From Candidatus Adlerbacteria bacterium (GTDB lineage Bacteria > Patescibacteriota > Minisyncoccia > Phycocordibacterales > SBAW01), in NCBI GenBank assembly GCA_043784925.1, contig JAYVXU010000028.1:1-42328 (forward strand): a stretch of 42,328 nucleotides of DNA. Direction: 5' to 3'. Below the pieces are notes generated by a model, which saw only the letters and a list, made by a program, of their open reading frames with translations, ran no database searches and had not been told where the DNA came from. This document shows, in pieces, positions 1 through 8,868 of the stretch (its first letter is position 1; each line of letters opens with the position of its first letter). A program made the position numbers and the translations under genes.

Positions 1-96
1 GGGCTGTGGAATTTACATATTCAAATGAGTTGAGGAGTAGTGGAATATGCAGGAGAGACAGGGTTGTGTGCGGTTTTTTAATGTGGGGCAGGTCTA
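1..96. mobile_element. Probable terminal segment of an IS3-family-like insertion sequence interrupting the mod gene
   Basis: Mod-like sequence begins abruptly at about 97 (DYVDENDAYRHSKW) and the upstream DPPY motif is absent. The reverse complement of 81-96 is TAGACCTGCCCCACAT, which resembles IS3-family (IS2/IS407-like) terminal inverted repeats recalled from memory. Confidence 0.4.
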
Positions 97-1625
97 ATGA
101 TTATGTGGATGAGAATGATGCCTATCGACACAGTAAATGGATATCGATGATGAATAATCGATTGAAACTATGCAAGGATCTCTTGAAAGAAGATGGGGTA
201 TTGATAGTAACAATTGATAAATACGAAAATGCGACATTGTTAATGTTGCTATCAGAGATATTTTACGGATACGACATTACGTCTGTTGTCATAGAACACA
301 ATCCAAAAGGATTACCGAGTAAGAACTTTTCTTATTCTCATGAGTATGCACATTTTGTGACGCCGTCTGGTCAGTCAGTGGTTGGTAAAAATCCAGAAGG
401 AAAAGAGGATACTCGAAATCTGAGGAGAGCCGGGAAAGCTTCATACAGAGTGGACAGACCGACAATGTTTTATCCGTTATATGTAAAAGATGGGAAGGTC
501 ACTAGAGTTGGGGATATTCCAAAGGACTCATATCATCCAAAATCACGAAACATTCCTTGTAAAAATGGAGAAATCGAGATCTGGCCAATCGACGACGTTG
601 GTGATGAGAGGAGATGGCATTTCGGTCTGGACTCTGTCGGTGATCACATGGAGAGGATTGAGGTCAAGGAGAAAAAGGGAGATATACAACTTTATGTAAC
701 CGCAGTACCTGCGCGCTATAAAACGGTTTGGACAGGAGGTGATCTAGATGCGGGTAAATACGGGACTACTCTCGTAAAAGATATTACAGGAGTAGAGTTT
801 CCTTTTCCGAAATCATTGCTGGCCACGTTGAGGTGTTTGGAGTCGGTAGTCTACACTCGAACCAACGCTTTGGTGCTCGATTTTTTTGCCGGGTCTGGAA
901 CCACGGGCCATGCCGTTCTTGAATTAAACAAACGAGATAAAGGTAATCGAAAGTTTATTCTTTGCACAAATAATGAAAATAATATCTGCGAAGACGTTAC
1001 TTATAAGCGCCTCCGTGGAGTAATTGATGGGTATAAATTTAAAGGCAGAAACAAAACACCACTTTATTCAAAAGAACTAATTCTTTCAGAGCTGATTAGC
1101 CACTCTGAAGAAATAGCAGCAGAAATAGAGTCAATTACGACCGCAAATAAAAAGAAATTCGATAAGATCGAAACAGAATTAGAAGACGGTGTCGTGAGTA
1201 TTTCAGGAATAAAAAATGTAGATGGGAAAATGGAAGGTCTCGGTGGTAATCTTCGTTACTACAAAACTGACCTTGTAGATATTGAAAAGCTCCATCGCAC
1301 GCCCGATCACGCGAAGGTAAAATTAACTCACCAGGCCGGCGAGATGATTGCTCTGCGCGAGGATACTTTGAATGAAGTTGAAAAGAGTGACTGGTGGCAG
1401 ATATTTGAGGGACGCGGAAAAACTACCGCTATCTATTTCAAGGAAGATAAAGAGAAGCTCCAAGAGCTCATTGAGCTATTAGAGAAAAAGAAACAGCCTG
1501 CAACCGTGTATATCTTCAGTTGGGGGAAAAACGAATACAAGAGTGAATACAGCTCGGCAAATATCAGAGTCGAGGATATTCCTGAACCTATTCTTGAGGT
1601 GTACAAAGAAATTAATCGCCTATAA
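97..1625 (+). pseudogene. mod: Type III R-M modification subunit (adenine DNA methyltransferase), 5'-truncated within this window
   Basis: RHSKWISMM, FPFPKS, the SAM-binding motif LDFFAGSGTTGHAV and RKFILCTNNE are present, and the gene lies directly upstream of res. Catalytic motif IV (DPPY) is missing from the visible part. Confidence 0.8.
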
Positions 1626-1630
1626 AATTT

Positions 1631-3943
1631 ATGTTTCCTCTCAAACCATTTCAAGAAATCGCGGTAGCAAAGCTCAAGGATCAGTTTCTTCGGCTTTGGA
1701 AGTCCTCTGGCATACAGCTACCTCTCGTATTCAAGTCGCCAACAGGATCAGGGAAGACGGTCATGCTCGCACAGTTTCTACGCGACTTGGTGGGAGATCC
1801 CCGCTTTGTAGGCAACGATGTCGCATTTTTATGGATGTCTAAGGGACCTACTTTGGTAGAACAAAGTAAGAATAAGCTTTTTGAATACTATGGAGGAGCA
1901 TCGGAGCTCGAGCTTCTAGATATAGACGACCTTAATCGTAAGGTACTGACTCGTAACAGTGTCTTTTTCATAAACTGGGAAAAGCTTAAGGGCCAGTCAA
2001 AAGACGTTTTAAAGATCCGCCGCGAGAATGAGCAAGACATCTCGTTTGATGGAATGATTGAGGCTACACATGAGGAGAAGAGAAAAATTGTCGTAATCAT
2101 CGACGAAGAGCACCTCGGTGCTGATACGGAAAAAGCCCTTGAATTGATTGATGGTCTAATTAAACCAAAGATAATCCTCAGGCTTTCTGCTACGCCTAAA
2201 TATGAGCCGACAGTAAGTGATCTTGAAGATGGTACAGCGGGTTTTGTTCGGGTAAAGAGAGAGGATGTTGTGCGAGAAGGGCTAATTAAGGAAAAAATTA
2301 TCTTTCAGACGGAAGAAGATCTCAATCAAAAACAATTTAGAGGGATGGATCAAAACGAAATTCTGCTTGAGCTCGCCTTTCAAAAGCGAGAGGAACTGCT
2401 TTCGTATTACGGAAAGCTAAAAGTTGATATCAATCCTCTCGTATTGATCCAGCTTCCAAACGACGATAAGGCCAGCTCAGAGACTAGCAATACGAACATG
2501 CAGGAAATTGTAATCAATTTCTTAAAGAAAAAAGGTGTGTCTGAAAATAATATTGCCGTTTGGCTTTCAGAGGACAAGGTTAACTTGAAAGATGTTGAGA
2601 GAAACAACTCATCGGTGTCGTTTCTTCTATTTAAGCAAGCTGTAGCGACCGGCTGGGATTGTCCTCGTGCTGGCGTGCTTGTGATGTTTCGAGAAATCAA
2701 AAACCCAACTTTCGCCATTCAAACAGTTGGACGAATTCTTCGTATGCCGCTTGGTGTTCATTTTGGTAAGCCAGAGCTCAATCTTGGATACCTTTACACC
2801 AACTATAGGAGGAATGAGGTGATTAGTGAATACGATAAGAGCAAGTCTGAAAACAAACCAGCAATATTTGGAAGTTATCGTAAGAAAGACGTCAAGCCAA
2901 TTCAAATCGAGTCTGTTTTTATGAGTCGTTCGGACTATAACGATCTCGGAGATACATTCCAGTCTACTTTTAAAAAGGCTGCGAATGCGTATTTTGGTAT
3001 TAAAGAAAATGATGTCGAAGCGAAGAAAAAACTCGCAGCTAAAAATCTGGAACTAAAACCAAACATAACCAATGGCATCATTGTTGGCGTTGAGATCGAT
3101 GACTATGATAATTTTACCAAAGAGCTATTGGCTGAGGGAGGGAGTCATGAGCAAGAGATGTCCCAGCACGACATTGAAAGACTTTATAACCTTGTTTGTT
3201 TCAATATCATCGGTAAGCAAACTGACGAGAATAAGAAATTTGCCCCTGAGCGCTCATGGGGAAAGCTCAAGACAGCCCTTAATGTTTGGCTATTGCCGGT
3301 CCTTGGAGACGATCGCACTCAAGCGTACAAGGTTATTCTGCATGACTTACTCAAGGAAGGCGGCGTGTTGCGGCCTCTTATTGGAGAGGTTTTAGAGAAA
3401 TATCGACCCATTCGTGATCAAGAAGTAAATAAGAAATCGGTCCGTGCGAAGCGCATAGAGACTATTGAAATTCCACGAGCTTCTCTTTTCTTCACTGATT
3501 TGTACGAAGAAATGAGGGCTAAGAAGTCAGCAATGGAGCCATTTTATATCTCCAAAGAGGTGGTAGATAACGAGAAATCATTTATCAAATTCTTGGATGA
3601 AAACAAGAGTATTGAGTGGTGGTACAAAAACGGTGACTCAGGAAGCGAATACTTCTCAATCTCTTATTACAATTCTGACGAAAATAAAGAGAAGCTTTTT
3701 TATCCTGACTGGATAATTAAGACTAAAAACAAGATCTGGATTATTGATACCAAGGCTGGCTTTACTGCTGAAGCTAACGATACGAAGTATAAGGCCGAAG
3801 CCTTACAGGAGTGGCTCAAAGGCACGAGAGGCTTTAGTGGCGGGATTGCCGTAAAAGATGCTAATGGATGGAAGCTAAACGACAACAAAGAATACGCTTA
3901 CACTCCGGCAATGAAAGGATGGAAGAATATAGATTTTTCATAA
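1631..3943 (+). CDS. res: Type III R-M restriction subunit (SF2 helicase plus PD-(D/E)xK nuclease)
   Basis: SPTGSGKT (Walker A), DEEH, SAT, GWDCPRA and QTVGRILR helicase motifs, plus a C-terminal FYPDW...IDTK nuclease motif. Confidence 0.92.
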   Translation: MFPLKPFQEIAVAKLKDQFLRLWKSSGIQLPLVFKSPTGSGKTVMLAQFLRDLVGDPRFVGNDVAFLWMSKGPTLVEQSKNKLFEYYGGASELELLDIDDLNRKVLTRNSVFFINWEKLKGQSKDVLKIRRENEQDISFDGMIEATHEEKRKIVVIIDEEHLGADTEKALELIDGLIKPKIILRLSATPKYEPTVSDLEDGTAGFVRVKREDVVREGLIKEKIIFQTEEDLNQKQFRGMDQNEILLELAFQKREELLSYYGKLKVDINPLVLIQLPNDDKASSETSNTNMQEIVINFLKKKGVSENNIAVWLSEDKVNLKDVERNNSSVSFLLFKQAVATGWDCPRAGVLVMFREIKNPTFAIQTVGRILRMPLGVHFGKPELNLGYLYTNYRRNEVISEYDKSKSENKPAIFGSYRKKDVKPIQIESVFMSRSDYNDLGDTFQSTFKKAANAYFGIKENDVEAKKKLAAKNLELKPNITNGIIVGVEIDDYDNFTKELLAEGGSHEQEMSQHDIERLYNLVCFNIIGKQTDENKKFAPERSWGKLKTALNVWLLPVLGDDRTQAYKVILHDLLKEGGVLRPLIGEVLEKYRPIRDQEVNKKSVRAKRIETIEIPRASLFFTDLYEEMRAKKSAMEPFYISKEVVDNEKSFIKFLDENKSIEWWYKNGDSGSEYFSISYYNSDENKEKLFYPDWIIKTKNKIWIIDTKAGFTAEANDTKYKAEALQEWLKGTRGFSGGIAVKDANGWKLNDNKEYAYTPAMKGWKNIDFS

Positions 3944-3954
3944 TACGTTAAATC

Positions 3955-6066
3955 ATGGAAACAATTATTGGCAAAAATCTTCTTCACTTACTTAAAAACA
4001 GATTTATTTTGTTTGGGCTTTTTTGTGTTGGGTTTATTGTATCTTTTTATATTCACTCGGGATCATTTTTGCCCAGTACAGACACTAAAGACCTATGGTT
4101 TTACTCGGGTCTTTTTATGGTTCTATTTTCAATTTTATTTATAGAACCTTACTACACGTCCCCAAAGAATGTCATTACAAACGCAATCCCACTCCTCCTC
4201 GTTTTCTTAGCGATCAGGTCATCATTCAATAATCCTATTTTCTGGTGGGGAGCCGTAGCTGTATTATTGTTCCTCCTGCTCACATCGATCATTGCTCTTG
4301 CTTGTGAAGATAAAGATAATAGCCCTGACCATTGGAAAAATAAAACAGCAACAGCTCTAAAAAATATTGTCGTCGTGATTGGACAAGGGAAGATACTCTA
4401 CTCCTCAGTCTTTATTTATTTTTTGCTGACGTACTACTCCATTCAGGATTTCTATACTTTAATTTTATTTGTTTTTTGGTTTCTTATTTTGTGTATCAAT
4501 CCGAAGAATATACACGGTAGTTTTGCAACACTTTCCAAAAAAGAGAACAGCGACCAGATTGGTGAGATATTCGGTGTTCAATCAAAAAAGATTTTTTTAG
4601 TAAAGTTGTTCGAGGATAGAAAAAGTATCAAAAAGTTTGACGTCGTTCGATTTAGTTACTCAATGCAAGATACAAAAGATTTCGTGATTACGGGTATTGT
4701 ATTTGATACCTACTTACTTAACCAAGAGAAGTGGGCAAAGGTCCTCCAGTTAGGGGATCCAAAGAAAGAAAGTGGAAAGCTTGAGAGAAACATCGTCTAC
4801 AAGCTATCTGGTAGCGCAGAAGTCGATGCTGCGAATAAAGAACTAAAAATCAATGACCTTGTTGGTGTTGTTATCGATGGCTCGACCATAGGAAAGATAA
4901 AGTTTGAATATTCTAAAAAAGATGATGATTTACAGGAAGGGGATCTACTTGAGCTGAGGGTCGGCGAAACACGACTATTTTATCAAGTGATTGGAGGAAG
5001 CACAGAAAAAGAAAAACTGGAGGCTCGAAACGAGACTGGCTTTATAGAAGGAGAAGCTATTCAGCTCGGTGAATGGAAAAATGAAGATCTATCTTTTCAA
5101 AAATTCGGTTGGGTTCCGTCCATCAACACACCTATTTTTAAAGCAGATACATCAAAAATAAAAAAGAAGACTTTTACATACCCAAACTACGCATTAGGTA
5201 TTATTCCTGGGACTACATTACCCTCAGTTGTAAATTTGGATGACGCAATTAGTCACCACATGGCACTTTTGGGTATCACAGGATCAGGTAAATCGTTTCT
5301 AGCTCGGGAAATAATTAATCAAATCAAGACAGATACGAAAGTAGTCTGTGTTGATTTTAATAAAGAATTTGTTACTACTCTTACTCCGCCACCGCCTGAT
5401 ATTATTGCGCCTGCGACGGCAACTGCGATTTCTGAGAAAATAGATTGGATAAATACTGAGCTTGAGAAGTTTGGCAATCTTCAGAACAAAGCCTTAATAG
5501 CTCAAAAACAGGGAGAAATCAAAGAACTCATGAAAGGTGAGATAACCCTTTTTCTTGATGATCAAACATGCAACATAAAAGTGTTTGAATTGCCAGATGT
5601 AAGCAACACGACTGGAATCCTTGATTACACGAAGTATTTCTTTAAGGTTTTATTTGAAGTTGCTAAAACGAGACAGGCCACCGGTAACGGTACAAAAATG
5701 TGTGTCGTTCTTGAAGAGGCACACACGGTAATTCCAGAGTGGAACTTTTCTGGTAGCAGTGATAAAACGAGTCAGAGTTTGGTGAATAGTATTGGTCAAA
5801 TTACCCTACAGGGCAGAAAATATGGAGTTGGATTTCTTGTAATAGCGCAAAGAACAGCAAATGTTTCTAAAACAGTCCTTACTCAATGCAATACCGTTGT
5901 TTGTTTTCAAGCTTTTGATGAAACAAGCTTTTCTTTTTTGGGTAATTATGTAGGCAAAGATATAGTCCAAGCCCTGCCAAACTTAAAGCAGTATCACGCG
6001 GTTGTCGCTGGTAAGGGAGCAAAGTCGAACATGCCAATGATCATTGATTTAAGACGCGGCAAATAG
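3955..6066 (+). CDS. Membrane-anchored HerA/FtsK-like ATPase (DUF87-like) with about 6 N-terminal TM helices
   Basis: The first ~185 aa are hydrophobic helices, followed by beta-rich HAS-barrel-like segments. Motifs: HMALLGITGSGKS (Walker A), VVLEEAH (Walker B), QGRKYG and AQR. Confidence 0.85.
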   Translation: METIIGKNLLHLLKNRFILFGLFCVGFIVSFYIHSGSFLPSTDTKDLWFYSGLFMVLFSILFIEPYYTSPKNVITNAIPLLLVFLAIRSSFNNPIFWWGAVAVLLFLLLTSIIALACEDKDNSPDHWKNKTATALKNIVVVIGQGKILYSSVFIYFLLTYYSIQDFYTLILFVFWFLILCINPKNIHGSFATLSKKENSDQIGEIFGVQSKKIFLVKLFEDRKSIKKFDVVRFSYSMQDTKDFVITGIVFDTYLLNQEKWAKVLQLGDPKKESGKLERNIVYKLSGSAEVDAANKELKINDLVGVVIDGSTIGKIKFEYSKKDDDLQEGDLLELRVGETRLFYQVIGGSTEKEKLEARNETGFIEGEAIQLGEWKNEDLSFQKFGWVPSINTPIFKADTSKIKKKTFTYPNYALGIIPGTTLPSVVNLDDAISHHMALLGITGSGKSFLAREIINQIKTDTKVVCVDFNKEFVTTLTPPPPDIIAPATATAISEKIDWINTELEKFGNLQNKALIAQKQGEIKELMKGEITLFLDDQTCNIKVFELPDVSNTTGILDYTKYFFKVLFEVAKTRQATGNGTKMCVVLEEAHTVIPEWNFSGSSDKTSQSLVNSIGQITLQGRKYGVGFLVIAQRTANVSKTVLTQCNTVVCFQAFDETSFSFLGNYVGKDIVQALPNLKQYHAVVAGKGAKSNMPMIIDLRRGK

Positions 6067-6076
6067 TTTCAATACC

Positions 6077-7582
6077 ATGACCCGTCTTATTTCTAAAACA
6101 ATCTTTCAAGAGTTTCTCTATTGTCCAAAAAACATTTGGCTTAAAATCCATAAGCCTGAATTAGCTGCGAAATTCACTCCCTCCGAATTCGAACTACATC
6201 TAATGGAACAAGGGAACGAGGTTGAGTCTCTCGCCCATGGTTTAGATCTTTTTCAAGGAGGTGTCGAGGTGAATTCAAGAGGAGACGAGGCTGTAGCTGA
6301 GACCTCTCGGCTCATGACAGCTCTTACGCCAGTCATCTTCCAAGCAACATTTATCAAAGATGGTTTTGTCGTTCGTAACGATGCTCTCAAGTATGACTCT
6401 GTAAATAAATGCTGGGATCTTTATGAAATTAAGGCCACCAACTCGATACACGAAGGAAAGAAGCGTGATCACATTGTCGACATAACTTTTCAAGCTTCTG
6501 TCTTGAGGCGTGCCAGTGTAATCCACGGCAAATCATCGCACGTAAGACTCAATAAAGAGTATGTTCGGCATGGCGAACTTAATCTAGAGACTCTTTTTGA
6601 GGTTGAGGATGTAACCGAAAAAGTTTCTGAAAGAATGACAGAAGTGGAAGGAAAGATGGAAGTTGCTCTTGAGTATCTCAATAAAGAACAAGAGCCGGTT
6701 GGAGGCTGCGAGTGTGTGTATGGTGTACGAAGAAACCATTGCACGATGTTCTCGTACTCGAATCCACAAATTCCAGAGTATTCCGTGCACGATTTATCTC
6801 GGATACATAAAACAAAACTCCTGTTATTTATGGAGCAAGGAGTACATGGCATTGGTGACATAGAAGATCCTGACGCATACAAGCTTTCTGATAAGCAGAA
6901 AAATCAAGTGCTTGCACATAAGCTGCAGAAACCAATCATAGACATTGAGAAGATTTCAGAAGAGTTGTCGTCACTTAAGTTTCCGCTTTATTTCTTTGAC
7001 TACGAGACATTTCCGCCTGCTGTGCCCCTGTTTGATGGATACGGTCCATACCAACACATCCCATTTCAATTCTCTTTACACATTCTACGAGAGCCAAAGG
7101 GCGAGCTCGAGCATGTTGAATACCTGCAAACTAGTTTTAAAGATCCTTCGTCGGATGTCGCAGAACTTTTGAGACAGCACGTTGTAGGAGGTACTGTCAT
7201 TGCTTGGTATAAGTCATTTGAGACAAGGATCAACAGAGAAATAGGTATACGGTTACCTCAGCATGTCGCTTTCTTTGAGCAGCTAAATAATTCAATGTAT
7301 GACCTGATGGACATTTTCTTTGATCAGCATTACATCCATAACGATTTTAAGGGGAGCGCCTCAATTAAAAAAGTTCTTCCTGTGATAGCACCAGAGCTTC
7401 ACTATAAAGATCTTGAAATACAGGGCGGTGCAGAAGCATCTAAATCCTGGTGGCACATGATTGCACCAAGTACTTCAACTGAAGAACGAGATGGCGTAGC
7501 GAAGAATTTAAAGGAATACTGTGGTCGTGATACATACGCTATGTATGTTATTTGGAAGCATTTGCAGGACATGTGCGAGTAG
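6077..7582 (+). CDS. DUF2779-family protein: RecB/Cas4-like nuclease domain plus RNase H/DnaQ-like exonuclease domain
   Basis: YCPKNIWL, RNDAL, LYEIKAT, DITFQ and a Cys cluster CEC..HC. C-terminal FFDYET, DLMDIF, SIKKVLP and YCGRDT. Confidence 0.8.
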   Translation: MTRLISKTIFQEFLYCPKNIWLKIHKPELAAKFTPSEFELHLMEQGNEVESLAHGLDLFQGGVEVNSRGDEAVAETSRLMTALTPVIFQATFIKDGFVVRNDALKYDSVNKCWDLYEIKATNSIHEGKKRDHIVDITFQASVLRRASVIHGKSSHVRLNKEYVRHGELNLETLFEVEDVTEKVSERMTEVEGKMEVALEYLNKEQEPVGGCECVYGVRRNHCTMFSYSNPQIPEYSVHDLSRIHKTKLLLFMEQGVHGIGDIEDPDAYKLSDKQKNQVLAHKLQKPIIDIEKISEELSSLKFPLYFFDYETFPPAVPLFDGYGPYQHIPFQFSLHILREPKGELEHVEYLQTSFKDPSSDVAELLRQHVVGGTVIAWYKSFETRINREIGIRLPQHVAFFEQLNNSMYDLMDIFFDQHYIHNDFKGSASIKKVLPVIAPELHYKDLEIQGGAEASKSWWHMIAPSTSTEERDGVAKNLKEYCGRDTYAMYVIWKHLQDMCE

Positions 7583-7595
7583 TAATAAAAATTCT

Positions 7596-7772
7596 ATGCT
7601 CACTGATAAAAAAGCCATCAAAGAACTTCAAGCGATACTTAAAAAGGATTATGGTAAAGATGTTTCGAGTGAGGACGCGGCTGATTTGGGGCATCGACTG
7701 CTTCGCTTAACGAGAGTGGGTCTTAGTGCCCAGCTTCGTCTACAACAGCAAAATGAAAAAGATAAAAGGTAA
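7596..7772 (+). CDS. Small hypothetical protein (MGE-associated)
   Basis: ATG 13 nt after the upstream stop. Helical 58-aa ORF MLTDKKAIKELQAILKKDYGKDVS... Confidence 0.55.
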   Translation: MLTDKKAIKELQAILKKDYGKDVSSEDAADLGHRLLRLTRVGLSAQLRLQQQNEKDKR

Positions 7773-7929
7773 CACTCAAACGATTTTTACAGACGAGGAC
7801 ATCCAGTCGTTTGTAGAACTTGGGGAAGTACTGCGGAAAATTCACAATCGGCTTTTGTCCGAGGGTTATGTAATAAAAGATGGCAAGATCATTGCGCCTC
7901 CAACAAAGAAAGAGGAGCTACCTAGATAG
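7753..7929 (+). CDS. Small hypothetical protein (MGE-associated)
   Basis: Overlaps the preceding ORF end. Sequence contains FVELGEVLRKIHNRLLSEGYVIKDGKI. Confidence 0.55.
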   Translation: MKKIKGNTQTIFTDEDIQSFVELGEVLRKIHNRLLSEGYVIKDGKIIAPPTKKEELPR

Positions 7930-8460
7930 GTACTTCGGTCCTAGTAGAGTCATGCCCATCTGCACCTTTGCACGGAGCTTCTCGTAGCGAAGCGTGTATC
8001 GTGTTGGCTTGCCTTTGTAGTTCCGGCACTTGTTCGGATCCATCCTTTCAAACTCCATCAGGTACTTAAAGGTTGGTAGCAGGGAATAGTAATTCATTCG
8101 CTGCGAGAAGTAAGCGAGGCCTAGGCACCTGCGACACCGAAACTCGCCATTGTGGCGGTACAGTACTCCAGATCGCCGGGAGCAGCCGGGGCACTCAAAC
8201 CACTCTCGGTAGCTCCCGAAATGGCAACGGGTACGAAGGAGTGATATGGCACTGCTCGAACTCCTTGGATCCGGCTCAACAAGGTCGAGGTACCAATCTT
8301 GAGCTACAGGATCATGGATTAGCCTCACTTGTGTGCCTCCCAGGGTCAATAAACGCCCCGATGCGCCCCTCTCCCTCGGCGGGGCACTCTTACGCAAGGC
8401 GACCGTGGTTATGGTGCGGTAGCTATCTGTCAGTGGTTTGGCGTCATTGAGTCTGTGCAT
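7918..8460 (-). CDS. Hypothetical Zn-ribbon protein typical of integrated elements
   Basis: WFECPGC...LY...FRCRRCLGLAYFSQ (two CxxC pairs) and a basic C-terminus. Start uncertain (8460 or 8493). Confidence 0.7.
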   Translation of the reverse strand: MHRLNDAKPLTDSYRTITTVALRKSAPPRERGASGRLLTLGGTQVRLIHDPVAQDWYLDLVEPDPRSSSSAISLLRTRCHFGSYREWFECPGCSRRSGVLYRHNGEFRCRRCLGLAYFSQRMNYYSLLPTFKYLMEFERMDPNKCRNYKGKPTRYTLRYEKLRAKVQMGMTLLGPKYLSR

Positions 8461-8719
8461 GGTTGTGTAGCGGATGGAGATTGTCGAAATCAATAAACAT
8501 TATCAGTATTGGTCATTATTGTGATTTTGCCCCTTTAGCCATAGATCCCTTGATAAAACGCCTTTTCCGGCGCCCTGCGCCCTATGCAACTACTTAGTGC
8601 CTTTATGCGGGTCTTATTTAGGCGAGTACGGCCACCGGCGCCACTTGAAAGTTGGCTATCATGTTTAGCTTTTCCTTAACGCCTGCCATATAATCAGGGT
8701 CTGAGAGGATCGTGAGGAA

Positions 8720-8820
8720 CTCTGTTCTAGTAAGTGCACCCCTCTCGCCCAAATAAGGTTTTAATCTAACGGATGGGACTACGTTTCCCTCTGTTGGGTT
8801 AGCTGCACCCCTCTGACCCA
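8720..8820. repeat. Two imperfect 32-bp direct repeats (8720-8751 and 8789-8820), possible att half-sites
   Basis: CTCTGTTCTAGTAAGTGCACCCCTCTCGCCCA versus CTCTGTTGGGTTAGCTGCACCCCTCTGACCCA: 24/32 identical with a 69-bp period. Confidence 0.6.
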
Positions 8821-8828
8821 TTCATTCT

Positions 8829-8857
8829 AAAATAGCTGGCAGTAGGCCAGCTATTTT
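8829..8857. terminator. Intrinsic terminator-like hairpin (bidirectional)
   Basis: AAAATAGCTGGC-AGTAG-GCCAGCTATTTT is a perfect 12-bp inverted repeat. Confidence 0.7.
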
Positions 8858-8868
8858 CTATAGGTGAA

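Noticed and set aside
3955-6066. Conjugative coupling protein (VirD4/TraD)
   Set aside because: No relaxase or T4SS genes are visible, and the EEAH/GRKYG/QR motif set with barrel domains is HerA-like.
8073-8450. 125-aa plus-strand ORF
   Set aside because: Antisense shadow of the Zn-ribbon gene with no recognisable motifs.
8720-8820. Mini CRISPR array (32-bp repeat, 37-bp spacer geometry)
   Set aside because: Only two units at 75% identity, no third copy at the 69-bp period, no palindrome and no cas genes. An att-scar explanation fits better.
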